Shown here: positions 25,901 to 37,413 of the stretch, piece after piece
Position numbering within the stretch: position 1 is the stretch's first letter
Layout of the letters: each line of letters opens with the position of its first letter
Assembly: GCA_951406725.2 (NCBI GenBank)
Contig: OX597838.1
Coordinates: 18,972,001 to 19,036,000, forward strand
Reading direction: 5' to 3'
From: Octopus vulgaris
Lineage: Eukaryota
Length of the DNA: 64,000 nt
The notes under the pieces: generated by a model
The model's input: only the letters and a program-made list of their open reading frames with translations
What the model was told of the DNA's origin: nothing
The model's database searches: none
Translations under genes and position numbers: made by a program

Positions 25901-28900
25901 ACATTAGGTTACTCTGTCAAATGTAATGCTTCTTCCATCAATGCTGGTGAATTACAGGGCCAACCAAAACAGGAGGTCAGTGTTTTATATTGGCTGGAAG
26001 CACTGTCAGTTACGACGACGAGGGTCCCGGTTGATCCGATCAACGGAACATCCTGCTCGTAAAATTAACGTGTAAGTGGCTGAGCACTCCACAGACACAT
26101 GTACCCTTAACGTAGTTCTTGGGGATATTCAGCGTGACACAGAGAGTGACAAGGCTGGCCCCTTTGAAATACAGGTACAACAGAAACAGGAAGTAAGAGT
26201 GAGAGAAAGGTGTGGTGAAAGAGTACAGCAGGGATCACCACCATCCCTGCCGGAGCCTCGTGGAGCCTTAGGTGTTTTCGCTCAATAAACACACACAATG
26301 CCCGGTCTGGGAATCGAAACCGCGATCGTACAACCGCAAGTCTGCTGCCCTAACCAATCATGGTGACAAGGGCACCAAGTGATCCAATAAATGGATCCAT
26401 GAGCCTGCTCATGGAATTAACATGCAAATAGCTGAGCACTCCACAGACATGTAGTTTTCTGGGAAATTTGGCATGACACAGGGTGTGACAAAGCTGGATC
26501 TTTGAAGTACAGGTACAGCTCATTCTGGCCAGCTGAGTGGACTTGAGCAACATTAAATAAAGTGTCACACTCAAGGACACAGTGTGCCACCAGGAACTGG
26601 ACTCACAACCTTATAACAGTTAGCCACACACCATCACAGTGTTCCTCTTTTACTCTCATTTTTACTTGTTTCAGTCAGTTGACTGTGGCCATGCTGGAGC
26701 ACCACCTTTAGTCAAGCAAATCGACCCCAGGACTTAATCTTTGTAAGCCTAGTACTTATTCTATCGGTCTCTTTTGCCAAACTGCTAAGTCACAGGGACA
26801 TAAACTCACCAGCATCGGTTGTCAAGCAATGTTGAGGAGACAAACACAGACACATATATACGTGTGTATATATACATATATACGACAGGCTTCTTTCAGT
26901 TTCCGTCTACCAAATCCACTCACAAGGCTTCGGTTGGCCTGAGGCTATAGTAGAAGACACTTGCCCAAGGTGCCACACAGTGGGACTGAACCCGAAACCA
27001 TGTGGTTCATAAGCAAGCTACTTACCACACAGTGGAGGCGCAATGGCCCAGTGGTTAGGGCAGCGGACTCGCGGTCGTAGGATCACGGTTTCGATTCCCA
27101 GACCGGGCGTTGTGAGTGTTTATTGAGCGAAAACACCTAAAGCTCCATGAGACTCCGGCAGGGGATGGTGGTGATCCCTGCTGTACTCTTTCACCGCAAC
27201 TTTCTCTCACTCTTACTTCCTGTTTCTGTTGTACCTGTATTTCAAGGGGCCGGCCTTGTCACTCTCTGTGTCACGCTGAATATCTCCGAGAACTACGTTA
27301 AGGGTACATGTGTCTGTGGAATGCTCAGCCACTTACACGTTAATTTCACGAGCAGGCTGTTCCGTTGATCGGATCAACCGGAACCCTCGTCGTCGTAACC
27401 GACAGAGTGCTTCCCTCCACTTACCACACAGCCACTCCTTTGATTTAAAAAGTCTTGAAGATAGAGTCCCAGTATGATCATAGTTTGATCCAATGGCCGA
27501 AACCTGTAAAACAACAAATAAATAAAATATATTTGACCAATGGCCAACCAACCTGAGTTTGTCCAGCACCACCAATTGGTACATTATCTGTCATCTGAGA
27601 GAGAACCTTCTCAAGACAAAAGGAATCAGCGAAAGCAGATGGCCGGCCAATTGTACTGCAATATGACATTTCCTGCAAACAAAGGAAACAAAAGATAACC
27701 ATTTTGGCTATGGGGTTAGGTGGTAGTACGACTTCTAATTGAGGGTCATGGTTGTTAGTTTATAATAATAATAATAATAATAATGAAATTATTGTATACA
27801 GTGCTCAGGTGCACCACAACTTGTCAAAAGTGCGTATAAAGCATATGCAGTAATGTACAAATGTCTGGGAAGCGCACAGTGTATGAGTCAGATACATGCT
27901 TGTGTGTGTATAGAGGGGAGAAAAATCAGATGTAGTGTTGGCGAATCTCAGAAAGCATGGAAGTTTTGAAGGATGCAGTGCTCCGACAACTAACAACTGA
28001 TGCCGGCAGTTTGTTCCATGCTTCAGCAACTCTTAGCATGAAAAAATGTTTCCAAAAGTCATGGGAACTGTGCTGTTTTCTGATTTTGTAAACATGTCCA
28101 CGGGTGTTAGACGGGTGGATCTTACTGCAGGCGTTATCAATCGCAGGTCGTCATTTATCAAGAAGATACGTAATCAAAAACCATTCCAACGCAGACCGTT
28201 CCATTTTCAATGTTGTCTAATGTTCCCTCTCTGTCTTCTAAAAACAAAGCAGGCATACGAGTGGCTGTGTGGTAAGTAGCCTGCTTACCAACCACATGGT
28301 TCCAGGTTCAGTTCCACTGCATGGTACCTTGGGCAAGTATCTTCTACTATAGCATCGGGCCGACCAAAGCCTTGTAAGTGGATTTAGTAGACGGAAACTG
28401 AAAGAAGCCCGTTGTATATATGTGTGTATGTATGTGTGTGTGTGTGTGTCCAACATCGCCTGACAACCGATACTGGTGTATTTACGTCCCCGTAACTTAG
28501 CGGTTCGGCAAAAGAGACCGATAGAATAAGTACTAGGCTTACAAACAGTAAGTCCTGGAGTCGATTTGCTCGACTAAAGGCAGTGCTCCAGCATGGCCTC
28601 AGTCAAATGACTGAAACAAGTAGAAGAGTAAAAAGAGAGACCCAATCGATTATCTCCCTTCTCCTCTAGCTGGGAATCCATGAGAACACAAGGGAGATAA
28701 CTTTGCTAGAAACAGTTTATTAAGCTGAACAGAAAACGCTTTTAAACAAAGCGAGACGACTGATCAGAATCACAACCTGCTAGAAATAACAGCGATATCT
28801 TCCACAATCCATACTGACACGCACAGCACCCGAGCAAGTGCATTCTATCATAATCTAGGATTTTACAATTGCTTGTCAGTTAGACTGACGGGACGCTGGT

Positions 28901-29098
28901 ACTTTACCTTTACTCTTTCACTTGTTTCAGTCATTTGACTGCGGCCATGCTGGAGCACCGCCTTTAGTCGAGCAAATCGACCCCAGGACTTATTCTTTGT
29001 AAGCCCAGTACTTATTCTATCGGTCTCTTTTGCCAAACCGTTAAGTTACGGGGACATGAACACACCAACATCGATTGTCAAGCGATTTTGGGGGGACA

Positions 29099-29139
<41 letters not shown>

Positions 29140-31005
29140 GACAGGCTTCTTTCAGTTTCTGTCTACCAAATCCACTCACAAGGCTTTGGTCGGCCAGAGA
29201 CTATAGTAGAAGACACTTGCCCAAGGTGCCACGCACTGGGACTGAACCCGGAACCATGTGGTTGGTAAGCAAGCTACTTTAGCCACCTTTAGTCGAACAA
29301 ATCAACCCCATTCAACTAAAGATTCTTCAAGGCAGTGCCCCAGCATGACCACAGCTGCATGACTGACTGAAACAAGCAAAAATATTAAAAAAATAAACGG
29401 TACATAAAAAACAAAAGTGATGAAAAAGAACAAATTCCTGAATACTGACCTCAAGGCTGTTGTCAATTCTTGGGGTTGCGCTCAGAAAGTCAGTTTCTAG
29501 CAAATTAGAGAAATAGACAAAGATATTCAGTAATCATTATAGGGACTCCTTATCACCTCCAATCCAAAAAAAAAAAAAAAAAAAAAATTCTTTTAATTAT
29601 AATTGGAACAAACTCAGAGAAAGGTTTATAAGAAAAGTTACTGACCAATGAAAGTTCAAACACTACATCTTTAGATGACCAGCACAATTCAAACAGTAGT
29701 TCCCAAACGTCTTCAGGCTGCTGCCCCCTTGACACCTAGGCCACATTCCTGGCGCCCCCTCCCCTGCCACAATTCTGCGTGGCACCTTGGGCAAGTGTAT
29801 TCTACTATAGCCTTGTGAGTGGATTTGGTAGATGGAAATTGAAAGAAGCCCTTCATATGAGTGTGTGTATATATATATAAATAAATATATATTTTACTCT
29901 GTTACTTGTTTCAGTCATTTGACTGTGGCCATGCTGGATCACTGCCTTTAGTCGAGCAAATCGACCACAGAACTCATTCTTTGTAAGCCTAGTACTTATT
30001 GTATCAGTCTCTTTTGCCGAATCGCTAAGCTATGGGGACATAAAAACACCAGCATCGGTTGTCAAGTGATGTTGGAAACAAACATACACAAACATATACA
30101 CATACATACATATATACGACAGGCTTCTTTCAGTTTCCATCTACCAAATCCACTCACAAGACTTTGGTCGACCCGAGGCTATAGTAGAAGACAATTGCCC
30201 AAGGTGCTACGCAGTGGGACTGAACCCGGGACCATATGGTTGGTAAACAAGCTACTTACCACATAGCCACTGCATGTATGTATGTTTGTGTGTCTGTGTT
30301 TGTCCCCCCCAACATCGCTTGACAACCGATGCTGTATAGTGATTATCAAGCAGGGTCCATATGGCCCTTGGGGGGGTCTACATAAGATCTTGTCATTAAT
30401 ATTTATCTGCAATAAATTGGTTATACTTCTAACATACACAAAATATTAAAATTCCCCACCGGGATTGGACGCTAGTCTATCACGTATAAATTTCCCCACC
30501 GGGACTGGGAGCTGGCCAATCACGTGTTAAGCAGATGTGATAAACACTAAACCATGGAACCACTATAGTTACATAATTAAAATCTCATGGCTACAAGATA
30601 ATGCAGGATAAATTCAAAACATGAATAAATAAACTATATTTGAGAGTAATCTAAATGCTAAAGGGTTAAGTTCATTCAATGCAGCAGCTGTGGGCTTGAA
30701 GGGACCTTATATGTATACTCCATGAAATATCCCCACTCAACCAGGACATCTTGTCTTGCAAAGCCACATAGCAACCTCACTTGTGCCAGCGACACAAAAA
30801 TAAGCATCCAGCTGTAGAAACTACATCAAAACAGACAGGAGCTCAACACTGCCCTCTTGACCCACTGAAACCTGTCAATCTCTCCAAACTATGCCAGCCT
30901 AGAATACGGACACTAAGTGAGGAAAGAAGGAACAGGAAGGGGAGAGAGAAAAAAAGGAAGATAGAGAAGATAGATAGACACATACACAGACAGAGTGAGT
31001 GAGCA

Positions 31006-31050
<45 letters not shown>

Positions 31051-34000
31051 CACACACACACACAAACAAAACTTACTTGGTTTTCCAAGGTCAACACGTG
31101 GAAGCTTTGCACTTGCAGAACCCTTTAAAGACACCATAGATATCTCCCTGAGATTGTCTTCTATCAGATTTAGGATCGGTTGAGCTTCTTCAGGGTCTTC
31201 AAGTTCAAACTCACTGTCCAGCATCCGCAGATCCTCTTCCTTCAACTCAACAGGGGGCTGCTTGGAGTTGTCGCCCATACTTAACATGTGCATCTGAAGG
31301 AACGCCTGCGTCATATCCAAACGACCATTACCTGCGACGGACAGCTTCCTCTGGGCAGTGTCGACATTTCCCAAGGCATGGCGTCGGACTAACTCGATGT
31401 CAGACAATCTGGAAGACCGAGAGAGATTGGCCGTTTCTTTGGCAGAATCGACATTGGTTTGATTGAGAGGATTCAACAGAGATTCCATTCCACCTGCAGT
31501 AAAAAAAAATCAAAGATTATGAAAGTTTGTGTGTATGTGTTGGGGTTGAGGTGGAATTTTATCATTTAGTGTCTGTTTTTCATGCTGGCAGGGTTTGACT
31601 GGAGATGGTAAGCCGGAGAACTGCACCAGGCTCCAGTCTGTTTTGGCTAGGTTTCTACCTGTGGATACCCTTCCTAATGCCTACCACTCCACAGTGTACT
31701 GGGTGCCTGTTATGTGACAGGTACGGTTTCCTATTATGTGTCACAGCTGCCTGTTATGCGTCATGGTCACAAGAACGGGTGCCTGTCATGTGACGCAGGG
31801 AACGGGTGCCTGTCATGTGTCGCTGCCTGTCATGTGTCGCGGGGAACGTCATGTGTCGCGGGGAACGGGTGCCTGTCATGTGTCGCGGGGAACGGGTGCC
31901 TGTCATGTGTCGCGGGGAACGGGTGCCTGTCATGTGTCACAGGGAACGGGTGCCTGTCATGTGTCACAGGGAACGGGTGCCTGTCATGTGTCATGGGGAA
32001 CGGGTGCCTCTCATGTGTCGCGGGGAACGGGTGCCTGTCATGTGTCACGGGGAACGGGTGCCTGTCATGTGTCACGGGGAACGGGTGCCTGCCATGTGTC
32101 ACGGGGAACGGGTGCCTGTCATGTGTCACAGGGAACGGGTGCCTGTCATGTGTCATGGGGAACGGGTGCCTCTCATGTGTCGCGGGGAACGGGTGCTTCT
32201 CATGTGTCGCAGGCACGGGTGCCTGTTATGTATCATGGGCATGTACCTTAGGAATGAGAACCCAGGTTCGAAATTTCCCCAAGACACCTGATGAAGGCTG
32301 GAGGGTACATCAGCTGAAACGTTGTGCTAACAACAAACAAGATGAGGACAAATATCCATTGAATGTAAATAATGTACATAATTCCTCATCTCTTAAATAT
32401 AGAACTGCATAAGTTACTATGCTTAACAAGGTTAATTCCATTTTTGGTTAAACACAGAAGATTGTCCTCCTTTATTACAAGAAATCAGAAAATGTGAAGG
32501 AAACTTACTCTGAAGGAATTCATCTGGAATAAGACCAAGAGATGAAGCATTTGAGAGAATAGAATTCTCAGAATAAGCAGATATATTGTAAGGTTCCACT
32601 GCTGGAAAATTTGGTATAATGGTAGGAGATCTGTTTTAAAAAAAAATACAAAACGGGTTTAATTTTTAGAAAGATTCTTTGCCATCATAAACAATAAATA
32701 AAATATAAATAATCCATGCCACATAAAAAAAAACAAAAACACCCACTCCATTCTGTAAGTTGGTTAGCATTAGGGAGGGCATCCAGATGTGAAACCCATG
32801 CCAAAATAGACAGTAACACCTGGTGCAGCCCTCTAGTTTGTCAGCTCCTGTCAAACCGTCCAACCCATGCCAGCATAGAAAACAGATGTTAGATGATGAT
32901 GATGGATGATGAAAGGTGGTGGTGGTGATTGCAATCACGAACATCTTGTCTGTTAGGCACATGGGAATGCTATAAATCATTGTCTTAGAAAAGCACATCA
33001 ATATGGGTTCAGGCGTGAGCGTTTCTATATGGTGTAGGCGCTACTGCCCTTTATGCGACACCAGCACAGGTCTCTTGTAAGCTAATCTTCAGTGGTAGCA
33101 GCCTTATCGAAGAGGATTGACCTAGAGTTTTCACGACCTAGGTCAATCCTTTGAAAGAAGCCCATCGTATATATGTATATATATATAACATTATTGGTGA
33201 ATTGAAGAAATGGAGCTGAACGCAGATTGAACAGAAATCGTTTTATTTCATTCTACACGTGTTTCGAAAGGCACAAATTACCAAAATCCGATGGAATAAT
33301 GGGACCATATTGTGTCTTTCTCTTCAGGAAGAAAATAGGAAATCCGTTGGAAAAACAAAAACAGAACAGAGGCGGAGCAAAAACAAATCGAACTATGCTC
33401 CTAAGAGCCCATGGGCTCTTAGGAGCATAGTTCGATTTGTTTTTGCTCCGCCTCTGTTCTGTTTTTGTTTTTCCAACGGATTTCCTATTTTCTTCCTGAA
33501 GAGAAAGACACAATATGGTCCCATTATTCCATCGGATTTTGGTAATTTGTGCCTTTCGAAACACGTGTAGAATGAAATAAAACGATTTCTGTTCAATCTG
33601 CGTTCAGCTCCATTTCTTCAATTCACCAATAATGTTCTAATTTCAATTATCCGCACCAACGCACGGTTGCAACACCATATGGTTGTACCTCCAACCGTGC
33701 TGTTTTTACTGCTGTGATTTTTGCTACTAAGGTATCGGTTAAACATTTGATTAATCTACTACAAGATTATTCATCTTTCTATTTCACATTGTATATATAT
33801 ATATATATATATATACCCCTCTGCAAAGGAATTTTATTTAATTCTTTCGCAGGAAGGACTGGATCGACGGGTCGTGTTCTGTCCTTACCTTCAAAACACG
33901 CATAGAGTTGATCCTGGGACAGCTGATGAAGGGGAATATTCCTTGTATTATTTGTCTTGTACCCTGTTTTTTCGTTGTTTAAAAAAGTCCGTTTCCTAGT

Positions 34001-34055
34001 TGTTTTTATGTTCTTGTTTCTCTTTGTGTCCTACATTTAATTGTGGTGTCCTGTA

Positions 34056-34095
<40 letters not shown>

Positions 34096-35089
34096 TGTAT
34101 ATATACATGTAGATGTAGGTACGTACATATATGTATGTATGCAAATGTATTTTTATTTATTAAATTATTATATATATATATATATATGTATGTATGTGTG
34201 TGTGTTGTTTGTTTTCCGCCCCCTTAACATCGCTTGACAACCGATGGTGGTGTTTTTACATTCCCATAACTTAGTGGTTCAGCAAAAGACACCGATACAA
34301 TAAGTACTAGGCTTACAAAGAATAAGTCCTGGGGTCGATTTGCTCGACTAAAGGCGGTGCTCCAGCATGGCCGCAATCAAATGACAAACAAGTAAAAGGG
34401 AGTAAAAAGGGAGCAAATAAAGACATAATGCATATGGCAGTCTTAGATACATCATCATCACCTTCAACATTACTATTTAGTGTTCGTTTTCTATGCCAAC
34501 AAGGACAAGATTGGTCGACTGGAGCTAGTAATCCGGAGAGCTGTACCGGGATCCAGTCTGCTTTAGCCGGGTTTCTACAGTTGGATGTCCTTCCTAACAC
34601 CAACCACCCCACAGAGTATAATATGTGTGTCTTGCATGCCACCAGCATGGGTGCCTTTTGTGTCAGGTGATGGTCAGGGCTGGAATTCTGATCAAAATCC
34701 AGCTCAATTAAATCCGACCTGGAATTAAACGACAACAACAATCTACAATTTATACATGTTCCAATCATTGGATACAGTGGAGGCGCAATGGCCCAGTGTC
34801 TAGGGCAACAGACTCACAGTCAGAGGATCGTGGTTTTGATTCCCAGACCGGGCGTTGTGTGTGTTTATTGAGCGAAAACACCTAAAGCTGCACAAGGCTC
34901 CGGCAGGGGGTGGTTGGTGGCGACCCTTGCTGTACTCTTTCGCCCCAACTTTCTCTCACTCTCTCTTCCTGTTTCTCGAGTAACGCTGCGATGGACTGGC
35001 GTTCCGTCCAGCTGGCGGTGGGGGACACATACGCCACAGAAACTGGGAAACCGGGCCCATGAGCCTGGCTAGGCTTGAAAAAGGGCACA

Positions 35090-35120
<31 letters not shown>

Positions 35121-37381
35121 ATCATTGGATACACTCACTTGTCATCCGTCTTCTCTTTCTGGCTGACATTTCCTAAAGATGTCTTACCAACCTCCTTACT
35201 GACATTCCCCAGTGATGTCTTACCAAGCTTCTTGCCAGTTTTCCTGGGGATGAAACTCCTGTAACAAAAAGGAAAACAAATGGGAGTAAAATAACTGATG
35301 TCATAAATACAGTTCCCTATCCAAGAACAGGCAAGAGATATCAGACTTTTTCTCAGAAAGTTACATATCAGACCATCGTTCTATATCCCCAACCACCACC
35401 ACCATCATCATCATCATCATCGTCGTCATCAAACATCCATGTTTCATCGTGGCACAGGTTGAACAAGTTGACAAGACCCGATGAGCACAAGGTTTGCATT
35501 ATGCTCCAGTGTCTGTTTTCTTCTCTTGTCTTGGGACAGCATTCACCCGGGGTGGGTTGAGCTGGCTTCATTCATCCTCAATGCTGCATCTCTCACAAAC
35601 GCCCACCAGACCTGGCGATTTGAGGCTAACGACCACGTGATCACCAACCACTCCTTGTTCCAGTGGCGAACACCGTAGATATGGGGGCCTAGGTTGGGTA
35701 CCAGATCAGCCTTGACTGTCATCAGCCAGGTTCTTCGTTGTCCACCACATCGCTTTCACCAACCCTGAAGTGCCTGTTTTGGGATGGTTTCTCTATGGCC
35801 AGATACCGTTTCTAATGCCAACCACTTTACAGTGTATACTGAGATCTTTCTTTTGATGCAGCAACAGAAATGAAGCTGTCTTTTCTGCAAGATTCCAAAC
35901 CCTGATGGGGTAAATGCTAGGAGATAAGGGGCAAAAGATGGATGAAGTATGAGGGAATGAGCCATAATGAAACAAGGTCGCTTGGAGTAGGGAAACAAAA
36001 GGATTACTCATATTTTAGAAGAGAGTGACGATGATGAGGCAGGAGCCAGGTAGAAAAACATTTCATCTAATTAAACCAGGTAAGGCTGCATAGTTAAATT
36101 CACTCTGCAACCACAGGATTCTGACTGATCCCATTGTGTAGCATCTTGAATAAATGGCTTTCATAAAAAACCTAAGCTCCATGCAGCTCTGGCTTAAGGA
36201 ATTGGCAAATTTCTGCTGATTCTTTCGCCACAACTTTCTCTCAGACTTTCCTCCTGCATCTAGCAGCTCACCTGTGATAGACTGGCGTCCAATCCAGGTG
36301 GGGAACCTATACACCAATGAAACTGGGGAAACCGGCCCTTTATGAGCCAGGCGTGGCACGAGAAGGAACAAACAACTTTTACAATACACAAAGTATTTCA
36401 ACAATTTTTTCATACAATCCCTAACGATATTTAATTATTAAAAAGAAGCCTTTTTAAAACACCGAATGGCAATGGTGGGGGGGGGGGCGTCTGTGTAGGG
36501 TCCAGTGGAGTAAAATAGGAATCAAATGGGTCCATAGGCAGAAACATGGTCGAGAGTCCCTGTGTTAGACTAAAAGCCTTCAAGGCAGCGCTCCAGCATG
36601 GCCACAGTCCAATGTCTAAAACAAGTAAAAAAAAAAAATTAAGTATGTTTAAAAACAAAGTTTACCCAGGATGTTTGAATGTTGCATTTGTAGTTGTTGT
36701 TGTATTTTGTGTTTTTGTAGAAGATTCTGAATGTGGAGAAGATTTCGTGGCAGACGTACAAGATTGTGTTGTCACTTCCTTCCTAAAACAAAGAATTAGA
36801 AAAAGAAAAAAAAATATATATATTTTCTTTGATAAAATTTTTTTTTTGTGGTTTTTTTTTTTAAATCACTGTAGAAATGAACAAAATTTTAAAGATTACA
36901 AATTTTGAGCTATTACTCTCGTTGATGGTCTAAATAATTGAGACAGATATATACAAGAGGGTGCTGAATAGTTTCTGGTTTTAAGGGTATTGTGAAAGGC
37001 CTGGTTGGAGATCCAACCTTCTGAATTCTTTTACAGGGCTTAGAAAAACTGAAGGACCGCTGCAATAAGTGTGAATCAGAGAGGAGGAATATGATGGATA
37101 AAACCATAATTAACTGATCCTCCTGTATTTTCTTTTGTCCAAAGCCAGGAACTTTCAGCACCCCTTCATAAACTGGTTTCAAATTTTGGCACAAGGCCAG
37201 CAACTTTGGAGGATGGGCAAGTCAATTACATCAACCCCAGTACATTACTTACATTTGATGGATATTTGTCCTCATCTTGTTTGTTGTTAGCACAACATTT
37301 TGGCTGATATACCCTCCAGCCGTCATCAGGTGTCTTGGGGAAATTTCGAACCTGGATTCTCATTCCTAACGTATTTTTCCA

Positions 37382-37413
<32 letters not shown>

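Larger units (their letters stand above)
33187..33636. repeat. Perfect 450-bp spacerless palindrome (Penelope-like inverted end), with single-copy tail to ~33790, in (TA)n
   Basis: Arms reverse-complementary about 33411/12; ORF track gives identical peptides on both strands. Confidence 0.95.

Noticed and set aside
27440-27503. Possible extra CEP192 exon (VSAIGSNYDH…)
   Set aside because: Would need a 49-bp intron, has no donor site, and resembles a decayed SINE end.
31714-32412. 232-aa Cys-rich repeat ORF, or a CRISPR-like array
   Set aside because: A 27-bp minisatellite without unique spacers, inside a SINE and antisense within an intron of a eukaryotic gene.
33113-33150. 13-bp-arm hairpin AGGATTGACCTAG
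   Set aside because: Short, single occurrence, no functional context visible.
33227-33596. Identical proteins encoded on both strands
   Set aside because: Trivial consequence of the DNA palindrome.
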